Source: Bacteroidales bacterium (GTDB lineage: Bacteria; Bacteroidota; Bacteroidia; Bacteroidales; WCHB1-69). From it: 64,000 nucleotides of DNA. The notes below the pieces were generated by a model. That model worked only from the letters and a program-made list of their open reading frames with translations, ran no database searches and was not told where the DNA came from. Positions 40,099 through 49,912 of the stretch are shown here, one piece after another. The translations under genes were made by a program, and so were the position numbers. The DNA lies in NCBI GenBank assembly GCA_017615795.1, contig JAFZZK010000029.1:7519-71518 (forward strand), in the 5' to 3' direction. How positions within the stretch are numbered: position 1 is the stretch's first letter; the number at the start of each line of letters is the position of its first letter.

Positions 40099-41586
40099 TT
40101 ATTGCTTGTTCTTTTTCAACTCTATTTTTTCATACTCTTCAAGGAATTGAGGCAGATTGAACATGTCAATTCGCTTGTTGAGGATGATGCGGTGGTCGGA
40201 ATTGTCGATGATGAACATGGCCGGATTGCCCGTTTCGTATATGCCAAAGTAGTCAAGGTAATCTATGTTGCCCTTGTTGCCGCCGACTTGTGTCCATGGG
40301 TATTTGTTGTCCTTCACATACTTCTTCCACGCCTCGATGGTGTCGTCGTTGCCAATGGCGTAGACATCGAAATTACGTGTGCCTGCAGCCTCCAAGGAGT
40401 CGTATACTTGGCACAGTTTTTTGGATTCTTTCTTACAGGTAGGGCAGTTGGGATCGTAGAACCAGAGGATGGTATAGGGTTTTGTGGTGTGATATGACGA
40501 TTTCCAAAGGCGGGCATCCTCGTACAAGTTGGTGTCAGGGATGATGAGCTCAGGGGCGATTTTCCCGATCAGGATGGGCTCGATGCGCTTGACGCGCTTT
40601 TGATATTTGCCCAGAAGGTCTTCGTCAAGCCAGTAACACTTGCCGGCCAATTGGTTGGTCTTCGCAATATGATAGAACACGGCATCATGTCCGATGATCT
40701 TGCTGGTCTCGAATTCGTATGTGAGCCAACTGACACAATAGTGGTACATGAACGTGTCCTTTTCTGTCTTTGCCAAGAACATGTCAATATATTGGTTGAT
40801 GGTGTCGGATTTCTGGTAATAGAGTATTTTGGTGAAATACTCTTTCAATTTGGGCTCGAAAGAGGGAATATAAATGAAACGGTGGTCGCCGAGGTCGACA
40901 TTGTCCCAATAATGTTTGCGATAATAGTACACCTGGGCTTCTTTGTCGACAGAGCCATCCTCTTTCGTGATCGTGGGCACTTCGATTTCTTGGTAGGATT
41001 TCTGCATCTTGGAGAACAGATAATCGGGATGGGCAGCGATGAGGTCATTGATGAAATCTTGCATCTCCGTGTTGAGATTCTTGAGTTTTTCCTTGTAGAC
41101 ATCTGCACTGTCCTTGTTGCCTGCGCCCTCAAATTCTTTCACTTTCTTGCCCCATTCCGTCGCTCTCTTCTGAGCGTCTGCAGTTTTGCGCTGGAACTTC
41201 AGCATCTCCACATTCTCGGGCGAATTTTGGACGTTGAAATTTTCAACGTTGCCTGTCGTGTCAAGGTTGTAGGTAAAGAATTGGTTGTTGTCGATAATGA
41301 AGTTCAGGTAGAGTTTCTTGTCACCGGACACGAGCGAATACATGCCGTCGTCATACTTCTTGGTCCCCTTGAATACGAATTTTCCAGGTGCAACGGGTGT
41401 CGCGGAGTCTTTAAGAATCAGCTTCTCATTGTAATGAATCACCAAGTACATCAATTTGTCCTTGGAGTTCTTGATGTTGAAAGTGATTTCGTGGCCTTGC
41501 TTGGGCGTGCTTTTGCCTTTTTGTGCGGAAAGGCCGCCTATGATGAAAACACAGATAAGAAAGAGTAATAAATAATGTTTTTTCAT
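40099..41586 (-). CDS. Periplasmic DUF5106/thioredoxin-like protein
   Basis: Signal peptide; HYWDN motif; C-terminal WFYDPNCPTC. Confidence 0.8.
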   Translation of the reverse strand: MKKHYLLLFLICVFIIGGLSAQKGKSTPKQGHEITFNIKNSKDKLMYLVIHYNEKLILKDSATPVAPGKFVFKGTKKYDDGMYSLVSGDKKLYLNFIIDNNQFFTYNLDTTGNVENFNVQNSPENVEMLKFQRKTADAQKRATEWGKKVKEFEGAGNKDSADVYKEKLKNLNTEMQDFINDLIAAHPDYLFSKMQKSYQEIEVPTITKEDGSVDKEAQVYYYRKHYWDNVDLGDHRFIYIPSFEPKLKEYFTKILYYQKSDTINQYIDMFLAKTEKDTFMYHYCVSWLTYEFETSKIIGHDAVFYHIAKTNQLAGKCYWLDEDLLGKYQKRVKRIEPILIGKIAPELIIPDTNLYEDARLWKSSYHTTKPYTILWFYDPNCPTCKKESKKLCQVYDSLEAAGTRNFDVYAIGNDDTIEAWKKYVKDNKYPWTQVGGNKGNIDYLDYFGIYETGNPAMFIIDNSDHRIILNKRIDMFNLPQFLEEYEKIELKKNKQ

Positions 41587-41595
41587 AACTGGTTT

Positions 41596-42921
41596 TTATT
41601 CTTTTGTGGTTCTGTTTTTGAAAAATAAGCGTAATTCGTCTAACGTGATTTGACGTGCAATTATTGTGTGATCCTGTGTGTTGTCTATCAAGAACATCAC
41701 AGGGGTGGTCATGATGTCGAAATACTCGATAAAGTCGATGTTCTGCTCTCCACGCGAGGTGCTCAGGTTGGTCCAGTCCCAAAGCTGATGCTTGTAGGAG
41801 AAGGCCTTCCAGCGCTCGTAGTCGTCGTTAACCTCAACGGCAAATACCTCAAAGTCGTAGTCGTTGCCATGCTCTTGGTAGAGTTGATGCAACGGCGGTG
41901 TCATCTCTTGGCAGTGGTCGCAGTCGGGGTCCCAGAACCAAAGGACGGTGTAATGGGCCTTGATGTCCAGGGTGGAATGTGCTTTGCCTTCGATGTCATG
42001 CGAGATGAGTTCGGGAATCCGGGCTCCAGGGATAATCTTGCGCAGATTGTTGATTTTTCGTTCTATACGGCGCTCGGAGCCCTCTTCAATCCAACTATGA
42101 TCGTAATGGTCGTAGAGATGCACCAGCACGGGGTCGTAGTCGGGATTGTGGACATCCAACAGGGAAAAGAGGCTACGGATGTAGTAGTCGCGCACGATGG
42201 GGTTGGTGCAGCGTGACAGCAGCTGGTCAACCTTGGCGATGCAGTCGGCGGCATTTTGGTCTTCCGGCTCCAAGATGTATTCCAGCATGGCACGGATGTA
42301 GTGGCCGGGCACATGCAGGAGACGAGGATCTGAAAAGTCGATGAGGTCGAGCAGGTGTTGGTAGGCTGTGTTGTTGTTGAGAGCTTCTCCGTAGAGAGAG
42401 AAGTTGTCTATGCGGATATATTGGGTGACGAAAGCGTCAGGAGCGGTTTCGGCGAGGTTGTCCAGCATGGTGCGCACAAGTTCGCGCTTTTGGGACATCT
42501 GGGTGTGATAGCGGAGAAGTATGTTGTTCTCTTCGTTGTCCGACGATGCGTTGTCCGTAAGGTTGATGCTGAAATGATTCCCTTGGTTGATGATGACGGG
42601 GAAACTTCGGAGACTCAAAGCATCGAGATCCGAGGCGTTGGGGATGGGAGAAACCGTGTAGACTCCACAGGGGATCTCTTTCTTCTTGTTTTTGAAAGAG
42701 TTTGTGTTCTTAATCACGATTGAGCTGTCCAAGCAGTAGATATCAATGCCGTTGTGTCCATACAGATATAGTTTGGAGGGGATCTCCTTTTCTCCTTTGA
42801 TGGTGATGTCATATCCTTTCCGGACGGGTGTGCCGTTGTCGGTGGATACTTGTCCTTGGGTGGCGCAACCCCAGACGCAGCAGCAGAGTGAAAGAAGCAA
42901 CAATCGTGGTTTCATGAGCAA
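41596..42921 (-). CDS. Thioredoxin-like (TlpA/redoxin) lipoprotein, paralogue of its neighbour
   Basis: Lipobox-like VWGC; WFWDPDCDHC; TTPVMFLID. Confidence 0.75.
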   Translation of the reverse strand: MLMKPRLLLLSLCCCVWGCATQGQVSTDNGTPVRKGYDITIKGEKEIPSKLYLYGHNGIDIYCLDSSIVIKNTNSFKNKKKEIPCGVYTVSPIPNASDLDALSLRSFPVIINQGNHFSINLTDNASSDNEENNILLRYHTQMSQKRELVRTMLDNLAETAPDAFVTQYIRIDNFSLYGEALNNNTAYQHLLDLIDFSDPRLLHVPGHYIRAMLEYILEPEDQNAADCIAKVDQLLSRCTNPIVRDYYIRSLFSLLDVHNPDYDPVLVHLYDHYDHSWIEEGSERRIERKINNLRKIIPGARIPELISHDIEGKAHSTLDIKAHYTVLWFWDPDCDHCQEMTPPLHQLYQEHGNDYDFEVFAVEVNDDYERWKAFSYKHQLWDWTNLSTSRGEQNIDFIEYFDIMTTPVMFLIDNTQDHTIIARQITLDELRLFFKNRTTKE

Positions 42922-42936
42922 ACGCGGTATGCTTTG

Positions 42937-44325
42937 TTATTGGATGATTTCGCGGACGTCTTGGAGGATTTTGCGGGCGATGTTGTCGGCGGTGGACTCG
43001 GAGAGGGCTTCTGCATAGACGCGCAGGATGGGCTCGGTGTTGGAGCCGCGCACGTGTACCCAACTGTCCTCGAAGTCGATTTTGACGCCGTCGGTGCGAT
43101 TGACCTCGTGGTTGGCATACTTTTCGGCGATGCTGTCGAGTATCTTGGCGGTGTCCATCTCGCCGCGCAGCTCGATTTTGTTCTTGGAGATCTTGTAGTC
43201 GGGATACAGGGAGCGGAGTTCAACGCAGGATTTGCCGGAGGTGGCCATGTAGGAGAGAATAAGGGCGATGCCCACGAGGGCGTCGCGGCCATAGTGCAGC
43301 TCGGGGTATATGACACCGCCGTTGCCTTCGCCGCCGATGACGGCGTTGGTGGCCTTCATCTTTTCCACCACGTTCACCTCGCCCACGGCAGAGGCATTGT
43401 ATTCCACGCCGTACTGGCGGCTCACGTCGCGCAGTGCGCGGGTGGAGGAGAGGTTCGAGACGGTGTTGCCCGGCGTGTGCTGCAACACGTAGTCGGCCAC
43501 GGAGACCAGCGTGTATTCTTCACCAAACATCTCCCCGTTGGGCTTGATGAAGGCGAGGCGGTCCACGTCGGGATCGACCACGAAGCCGATATCGTAGCGC
43601 TCCTTGTTCATCGCCTCAGAGATGCCATACAGGTTCTCTGGTATAGGTTCGGGATTGTGTGCAAATAGTCCGTTCGGCTCGTCGTTGAGCAGGGTGACTC
43701 GCTTGACGCCAAGTTGCTTCAACAGCGGCGGCAGGGCGATGGCACCCGTGGAGTTGATGGTGTCGATGATGACAGAGAAGTCGGCCTTGGCAATGGCATC
43801 GCGATTCACCAAGGGCAGACGCAGGATGGCATCAATATGGTCTTGGATCGAGTTTTCGTAGAGAGTGTATGTGCCGAGATTTTTGGCATCGGCATACTGG
43901 AATTCGTGCGCGGTGGCGATTTCTTGCAGCTTGCGCCCGTCCTCACTCGAGAGGAACTCGCCCTTGTCGTTGAGCAGTTTCAAGGCGTTCCATTGTCCGG
44001 GGTTGTGGGAAGCGGTGACGATGACGCCGCCATCGGCATGGTGGTGCAGCACCGCCATCTCTGTGGTGGGCGTGGTGGACAGCCCCGTGTCGATAACGTC
44101 GGCACCCATGCCTTGCAAGGTGCCGCAGACCAAACGGCTCACCATTTCGCCGGAGACGCGTGCGTCGCGACCCACCACGATGGTGATTTTTTTATCGCCG
44201 CAACTTCCCTGTATAAAGGCTGCGAAGGCTGAGGTGAGTTCAATGATGTCTATGGGGGTGAGGTTCTCGCCGGCGTTTCCGCCGATAGTGCCCCTGATGC
44301 CGGAAATGGACTTTATTAGTGTCAT
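42937..44325 (-). CDS. glmM: Phosphoglucosamine mutase
   Basis: Start MTLIKSISGIRG; TASHNP, DPDVDR and GGEGNGG motifs; -7 element at 44359-44366 (minus strand). Confidence 0.92.
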   Translation of the reverse strand: MTLIKSISGIRGTIGGNAGENLTPIDIIELTSAFAAFIQGSCGDKKITIVVGRDARVSGEMVSRLVCGTLQGMGADVIDTGLSTTPTTEMAVLHHHADGGVIVTASHNPGQWNALKLLNDKGEFLSSEDGRKLQEIATAHEFQYADAKNLGTYTLYENSIQDHIDAILRLPLVNRDAIAKADFSVIIDTINSTGAIALPPLLKQLGVKRVTLLNDEPNGLFAHNPEPIPENLYGISEAMNKERYDIGFVVDPDVDRLAFIKPNGEMFGEEYTLVSVADYVLQHTPGNTVSNLSSTRALRDVSRQYGVEYNASAVGEVNVVEKMKATNAVIGGEGNGGVIYPELHYGRDALVGIALILSYMATSGKSCVELRSLYPDYKISKNKIELRGEMDTAKILDSIAEKYANHEVNRTDGVKIDFEDSWVHVRGSNTEPILRVYAEALSESTADNIARKILQDVREIIQ

Positions 44326-44500
44326 GAATCTCTTTGCTGTAGATTGGTTGTGAGGCCGCAAAAGTACAAAAAAAGCGGCGGAAATACAAACATTTTCTAC
44401 TGCTATTTTTGGGACGTGAAAAGATGCCTTGAATTCACTTTTTCTGCAAAAACAGAACAAAATGTAAACTGTTTTCTTTCTGGATGAAAAGAGGGAATTG

Positions 44501-44636
44501 TTTGTCCGATGGCACAAAGTCTGCATTGTCGAGTCTCCAAACAATGCTTTTTCTCCAACTTCCTTTCGCGGCGCGGTGGAGCGTTGAGACGAGAAAGATC
44601 GTTGTTCGCCGCGAAACGGATGTGCCGTCAGGCGAG
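44501..44636 (+). other. Predicted multi-stem structure overlapping a sigma54-like motif
   Basis: GATGGCACA/TGTGCCGTC outer stem; GCATTGT/ACAATGC and TTTCGCGGCG/CGCCGCGAAA inner stems. Confidence 0.4.
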
Positions 44637-44638
44637 TG

Positions 44639-44738
44639 TGCGTGAGGGATTGCAGTGGAAATGGCTGGCTTGCCAGCCATTGCAACGGAAAGCCCGACGG
44701 CGCGGCGGCGGGAGCCACGCCGCGCCGGCACGCCCAAA
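44639..44738 (-). ncRNA. Flavo-1-like structured RNA / Bacteroidota dispersed repeat
   Basis: TTTGGGCGTGC-[hairpin]-TCGGGCTTTCCGTTGCA-[ATGGCTGGC AA GCCAGCCAT]-TTCCACTGCAATCCCTCACGCA. The family name is from recall and unverified. Confidence 0.55.
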
Positions 44739-44823
44739 TAAAAAAAGTAAGAAACCCTGACGTCTTTGTGTCATTGGGTATATTATTCCCCGAAAAGTTA
44801 CAACCTCCGATAATTGAGGCACA

Positions 44824-46236
44824 TTACCGATATTGTAATTTGTTCAGGAAAAAAACGGGATTCCGATTCCGGCTGCTTGTATTACGGAAACGGTAGCCTG
44901 ACAGCAGATAATAGTCGCTGTACCAGTGATATAATGCTGTTGTGTATACCATGGGCGCGTTGCGGTTCTCTTGGGGGAAGAGTGTGGAGGACCGGATGGG
45001 GTCGATGACGTTCAACTGCTTGTCGGTGAGCATGGTTGTCAAGGTCTGGCCGATGATATGGTAGAACAGGATTTGCTCTGGGGAGAAAGTGACCCGGAGG
45101 TGCGTGGTGAGGTTCGTGAGCAACATGTTGTCGAAGGGGAAATCGTAGTTTCCTATCTGATGGCCTTTGAAGTCGAAAATCCGAACATCGGCATCGATGA
45201 AGCGGTATCCCATGAAGATGGGCTCCGTGGTGGGCACTCCATAAGAGTAGGTGGTCGAATAGCGGTATTCGGGGTAGAAAGACTCCGTGACAAAAGCCAC
45301 CAGTGAACTGTCGCGGAACAGGCGCCCGGGCAGGTAGAGGACTTCTGTCTTCCCGGCGGCTGGCGGATCGTATGTGCTTAGTTCAATGTTCGAAAATTCG
45401 CCGTTGTCGTAGATGAGCGTGTAGATTCCGGTGGCGGTGTTGTCGTAGGAGCTTTTTCGCAGTTGGTAGGTGCCGGCAATCATTAGCCGTCCGGAATCCA
45501 ACAGGGCTATGCGGGCGTTCTGAAAGCGATAGGATCCGGTGTCAGGCAGGTCAATCATGCGTGTGACATCGCCTTCCAGGGTGCTTTCGCAAAGCCAGAT
45601 GACGTTGTTCCGACTGTTTGAGCCGATGTTGGCGCATACTACCACACGTTTTCCTTCAGGGTCGATCGCATAATCGTCAATCGTGTAATCTGGTGCATCT
45701 TTGAGATAGAGCCCATGTACGTATGGCCGGTTGGAGGGTAACACAAACAAATTGCTGCTCGATTTTCCGGTAGGGCAGGTAAAAAAAATTGTATGTGCAT
45801 AATTCCTGATGTGGGCAATATCCTCTGTGGGCAGATTGTGGATGTGCAGGGTGTCCATCCCGTCGAAGCCGGGTCGCAGGTGCAGCAATATGCCTCTCGG
45901 ACCCTTTTTCTTCTTGATCTTTTCTTGATAGAGCACATACAGGTCGCCGTCGTGGTAGGTGGATGCAATGTATATATATTGTAAAGGCAAGCGTAGCAAC
46001 GTTTCCTTTTGTTTTTGCAAATTGACGTCGTAGTGGACGATGTGTGCGACGGGTGTGTCGGTGTCGTAGGTTGGATAAAGGATATAAAGACCTGACGTGT
46101 CGCATAGGACGTACTGCAGTTCGGAGGAAAACTGGCTGGCGGGAAATTCCAGACGTATGGGATTGTCGCCCTGGGCATGCAAATGTCCAAGGACAAGGCA
46201 AAAAAGTATGCCGATAAGGGCAATCCGTGTTTTCAT
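44824..46236 (-). CDS. Exported hypothetical beta-rich protein
   Basis: Signal peptide MKTRIALIG...LHAQ; 470 aa; follows fabG in the same direction. Confidence 0.7.
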   Translation of the reverse strand: MKTRIALIGILFCLVLGHLHAQGDNPIRLEFPASQFSSELQYVLCDTSGLYILYPTYDTDTPVAHIVHYDVNLQKQKETLLRLPLQYIYIASTYHDGDLYVLYQEKIKKKKGPRGILLHLRPGFDGMDTLHIHNLPTEDIAHIRNYAHTIFFTCPTGKSSSNLFVLPSNRPYVHGLYLKDAPDYTIDDYAIDPEGKRVVVCANIGSNSRNNVIWLCESTLEGDVTRMIDLPDTGSYRFQNARIALLDSGRLMIAGTYQLRKSSYDNTATGIYTLIYDNGEFSNIELSTYDPPAAGKTEVLYLPGRLFRDSSLVAFVTESFYPEYRYSTTYSYGVPTTEPIFMGYRFIDADVRIFDFKGHQIGNYDFPFDNMLLTNLTTHLRVTFSPEQILFYHIIGQTLTTMLTDKQLNVIDPIRSSTLFPQENRNAPMVYTTALYHWYSDYYLLSGYRFRNTSSRNRNPVFFLNKLQYR

Positions 46237-46247
46237 GGGAAAAGGGA

Positions 46248-46997
46248 TTAGGACATGCCGCCGTCGCAAACGAGGGTCTGCCCCGTGACGTATGTGGCGA
46301 GGTCGGAGGCCAAGAAGAGGGCGCATCGGGCCACGTCTTTTGGGGTGCCTTGGCGGCGGAGGGCGATGCGTTGGAGGATGCTCTCTTTTTGTTCGGGTGA
46401 CAAGGAGAGGGTCATCTCGGTGTCGATGAAGCCCGGGGCGATGGCGTTGACGCGGATGTTGCGGCTTCCCAATTCGCGGGCCAGCGACTTGGTGAAGGCG
46501 ATAATGCCGGCTTTGGAAGCGGCATAGTTGGCCTGTCCTGCATTGCCGGAGATGCCGACCACGCTGGCCATGTTGATGATGACACCTTGGCGCTGGCGCA
46601 TCATGATAGGCGTGCAGGCGTGGGCATAGTTGAACACCGACTTGAGGTTGGTGTTGATGACATCATCCCACTGCTGCTCGCTCATGCGCATCAGCAGGGT
46701 GTCGTGGGTGATGCCGGCGTTGTTGACGAGAATGTCGATGTGGCCAAACCGTTCGTGGATGGCGGCCACCTGTTGCTGGACTTCGTCAAAACAAGAGACA
46801 TCGCCCACGAATGCTTCCGCATCGCAGCCGATGTCTCTGAGTTCTTTAAGGGTTTGTTCGGCCTGTTCGCTGGCATGGCGGTATACCAAGGCGATGGAGG
46901 CCCCGTTTTGGGCCATGGCCAACGCAATGGCCTTGCCGATGCCTCGGGAACCACCGGTGACGATGGCGACTTTGCCAGTGAGGTCGATGGTTGTCAT
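46248..46997 (-). CDS. fabG: 3-oxoacyl-ACP reductase
   Basis: TGGSRGIG, NNAGIT.D, GNAGQANYAASK and APGFIDT motifs. Confidence 0.9.
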   Translation of the reverse strand: MTTIDLTGKVAIVTGGSRGIGKAIALAMAQNGASIALVYRHASEQAEQTLKELRDIGCDAEAFVGDVSCFDEVQQQVAAIHERFGHIDILVNNAGITHDTLLMRMSEQQWDDVINTNLKSVFNYAHACTPIMMRQRQGVIINMASVVGISGNAGQANYAASKAGIIAFTKSLARELGSRNIRVNAIAPGFIDTEMTLSLSPEQKESILQRIALRRQGTPKDVARCALFLASDLATYVTGQTLVCDGGMS

Positions 46998-47642
46998 TTA
47001 CTTGACGATGTAGTTGACATAGATACCCGGGGTGTGGACGCTCTCCATGGGGATTTGGCCCACTTCGACCAGCTCCTTCGTCTCCACGATGACGATGTCA
47101 GCGGCGGCGGCCATCATCGGGTTGAAGTTCTGGGTCGTGCCCTTGTAGATGCAGTTGCCCATGGTGTCGCAGATGCTGGCGCCAATGAGGGCGACGTCGG
47201 CGTGGAGGGGTTTTTCTAGCAGATACTCTTCGCCGTCCACCATGACTTTTTGCTTGCCTTCCTCAACGATGGTGCCGAGGCCGGTCTTGGTGAGTACGCC
47301 GCCGAGGCCTGCGCCACCGCAACGGATACGCTCGGCCAGTGTGCCCTGCGGGCAGAACTCGATGTCAAGGGTCTTCTCGTTGAACTGTTGGATGGTGTCG
47401 GCATTGGTGCCGATGTGGGAAGCGTAGAGCTTCTTGACCTGCTTGTTGGCAATCAGCATGCCGATGGCCTTGTTGGGATAGGCGGTGTCGTTTCCGATGA
47501 GGGTGAGGTCTTTAACACCTCTCTTGGCAATAGCCTCGATGACTTTCACGGCAGAGCCGCAGCCGAGAAATCCGCCGTACATGATGGTCATGCCGTCTTT
47601 TACGTAGGAGGCGGCTTCTTCTATGGTGATTAATTTACTCAT
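46998..47642 (-). CDS. Acyl-CoA:acetate / 3-oxoacid CoA-transferase subunit A (AtoD-like)
   Basis: DGMTIMYGGF, PQGTLAERIR.GG, NFNPMMA and HTPGIYV motifs. Confidence 0.9.
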   Translation of the reverse strand: MSKLITIEEAASYVKDGMTIMYGGFLGCGSAVKVIEAIAKRGVKDLTLIGNDTAYPNKAIGMLIANKQVKKLYASHIGTNADTIQQFNEKTLDIEFCPQGTLAERIRCGGAGLGGVLTKTGLGTIVEEGKQKVMVDGEEYLLEKPLHADVALIGASICDTMGNCIYKGTTQNFNPMMAAAADIVIVETKELVEVGQIPMESVHTPGIYVNYIVK

Positions 47643-47670
47643 TGTGTTAATTTTATAGGGTTGGACAAAG

Positions 47671-47695
47671 GCCCTGCGCTTCAGGGGCGCAGGGC
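47671..47695. terminator. Hairpin downstream of glyA
   Basis: GCCCTGCGC...GCGCAGGGC stem. Confidence 0.55.
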
Positions 47696-47702
47696 TTGTT
47701 TT

Positions 47703-48983
47703 TTACCAGGCGAAGAGAGGTCTGTCGTGCATCATGTCGTTGACCTGCTTGCGGGTCTTGGCGATGAGCTCTTCGTTTTCGACATCGCAGAGGATGTTGT
47801 CGATCATTTCGACGATGCCGTCCATATCGTTCTCCTTGAGGCCGCGGGTGGTGATGGCGGGGGTGCCGACACGCAGGCCGGAGGTCTGGAAGGCGGAGCG
47901 GGTGTCAAACGGGACCATGTTCTTGTTGATGGTGATGTCGGCCTTGACGAGCGTGTTCTCGGCGACCTTGCCGGTCATGTCGGGGAACTTGGTGCGGAGG
48001 TCGATGAGCATGAGGTGGTTGTCGGTGCCGCCGGAGATGATCTTGTAGCCTCTCTTGTTGAAGGCCTCGGCCATGGCTGCGGCGTTGAGCTTCACCTGTT
48101 TCACGTATTGTGCGTAGTCGTCGGTCAGAGCCTCGCCGAAAGCGACGGCCTTGGCGGCGATGACGTGTTCCAGCGGACCGCCCTGCACGCCCGGGAAGAC
48201 GGCGGAGTCGAGCAGCTGGGACATCATCTTGACGACGCCCTTCGGGGTGGTCTTGCCCCAGGGGTTCTCAAAGTCCTTGCCCATCATGATGAGGCCGCCG
48301 CGCGGTCCGCGCAGGGTCTTGTGGGTCGTGGTGGTCACGATGTGGCAGTGTGCCACGGCGTTGTTGAGCAATCCTTTGGCGATGAGGCCGGCGGGGTGGG
48401 AGATGTCGGCCATCAGGATGGCGCCGATCTTGTCGGCAATCTCGCGCATGCGTTTCCAGTCCCAGTCGCGGCTGTAGGCGGAGGCGCCGCCGATGATCAG
48501 CTTCGGGCGCTCCTGGAGGGCTACTTGCTCCATCTTGTCATAGTTGATGCAGCCGGTCTCTTCCTCCACTTGGTAGGCCACTTGGTGGTAAAGGATGCCG
48601 GAGGAGTTGACGGGGGAACCATGGGAGAGGTGTCCGCCGTGGTTGAGGTCGAGGCCCATGAAGGTGTCGCCCGGTTGCAGGCAGGCCAGCAGCACAGCCA
48701 TGTTGGCTTGTGCGCCGGAGTGCGGTTGCACGTTGGCCCATTCGGCGCCGAAGAGCTCCTTGACACGGTCAATGGCGATTTGCTCGCTCTGGTCCACGAT
48801 CTGGCAGCCGCCATAGTAACGCTTCGTGGGAAGACCTTCCGCGTATTTGTTGGTCATGACGGAACCCATGGCCTCCATCACTTGGGGGCTTACAAAGTTC
48901 TCGGAAGCGATCAGCTCAATGCCGTTGGTCTGGCGTTGACGCTCTTGCTCGATAAGGTTGAAGATTTGCTCGTCTCTTTTCAT
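47703..48983 (-). CDS. glyA: Serine hydroxymethyltransferase
   Basis: LIASENF, NVQPHSG, GGHLSHG and [14 protein letters not shown] motifs. Confidence 0.97.
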   Translation of the reverse strand: MKRDEQIFNLIEQERQRQTNGIELIASENFVSPQVMEAMGSVMTNKYAEGLPTKRYYGGCQIVDQSEQIAIDRVKELFGAEWANVQPHSGAQANMAVLLACLQPGDTFMGLDLNHGGHLSHGSPVNSSGILYHQVAYQVEEETGCINYDKMEQVALQERPKLIIGGASAYSRDWDWKRMREIADKIGAILMADISHPAGLIAKGLLNNAVAHCHIVTTTTHKTLRGPRGGLIMMGKDFENPWGKTTPKGVVKMMSQLLDSAVFPGVQGGPLEHVIAAKAVAFGEALTDDYAQYVKQVKLNAAAMAEAFNKRGYKIISGGTDNHLMLIDLRTKFPDMTGKVAENTLVKADITINKNMVPFDTRSAFQTSGLRVGTPAITTRGLKENDMDGIVEMIDNILCDVENEELIAKTRKQVNDMMHDRPLFAW

Positions 48984-49198
48984 GTCTTATTTTTATAAGT
49001 TATTGATTAATATATATATTGACTTTTTATAACAAGGTTGCAAATATATAAAAAAAAAGTGTACGATGGGAGAAGAGTGTGAAAATAGGGTGGCGCTCCA
49101 TGGTCATGTCGTCCATGCTAGAATGGCATTGGCCGTTTTTTTGTATTTTTGCCCCGTCTTATCCGATCCTAAACAAAACCAAATCCAAGTAACACTCT

Positions 49199-49912
49199 AT
49201 GAAGAACATCGACTCTAAGATTCCTGTAGTGTTCGCCCGCAAAAAAATGGCCGACCTGCTAACGGAACGCAGCAACCTCATCTCTTTGCTCCCTCGGTTG
49301 GGTGTTTCCCTCGGCTTCGGAGAAAAGACCGTTGCACAGGTTTGCGCCGATGACAAGATATCCCTGCCGCTGTTCCTGCTTATCAGCAATGTCTACACGA
49401 TGGACGACTACCTGCCTTCCATTGAAGAGCTGCGCCAGTGTCCCATAGAGGAAATTGTCGTTTATTTGACTAATTCGCACAAGGAGTACCTTGAATATAA
49501 GTTTCCCCATATCGAAGAACATTTAAAAGAAGTCGTTGCGGATTGGAGCGAGAAGTACAAACGACTGATAACTAATTTCTTCTTTGACTACAAGAACGAA
49601 GTGGTGGATCATTTCAAGTATGAAGAGGATGTTGTTTTCCCCTTTATAAAAAAACTATTTGAAAAAAAATCACCCAAGAAAAACCGTCCGCGTCGCAGTG
49701 CCTTCGACAAGCAGCACACCAATATTGAGGATAAATTGCGCGACTTCACCAATCTGCTCATCAAGTATATACCCGCCGATGTGTCGCAGCGCGAGCGCAT
49801 AGACATGCTGGAGGACATCTGCTCTTTGTCGGATGACATCGAGAAGCACGCCCTTATCGAGGAGAAGATATTGTTTCCGTATATCAATCTTTTAGAAGAT
49901 GAAAGCAAATAA
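49199..49912 (+). CDS. Hemerythrin-domain protein
   Basis: SHKEYL, HFKYEE.VVFP and HALIEEKILFP motifs; -7 element at 49144-49151. Confidence 0.82.
   Translation: MKNIDSKIPVVFARKKMADLLTERSNLISLLPRLGVSLGFGEKTVAQVCADDKISLPLFLLISNVYTMDDYLPSIEELRQCPIEEIVVYLTNSHKEYLEYKFPHIEEHLKEVVADWSEKYKRLITNFFFDYKNEVVDHFKYEEDVVFPFIKKLFEKKSPKKNRPRRSAFDKQHTNIEDKLRDFTNLLIKYIPADVSQRERIDMLEDICSLSDDIEKHALIEEKILFPYINLLEDESK

Noticed and set aside
44326-44718. 130-aa N-terminal extension of GlmM in the ORF track
   Set aside because: The conserved start MTLIKSISG is at 44325 with a -7 element at 44359-44366; the extension reads through non-coding structured DNA.
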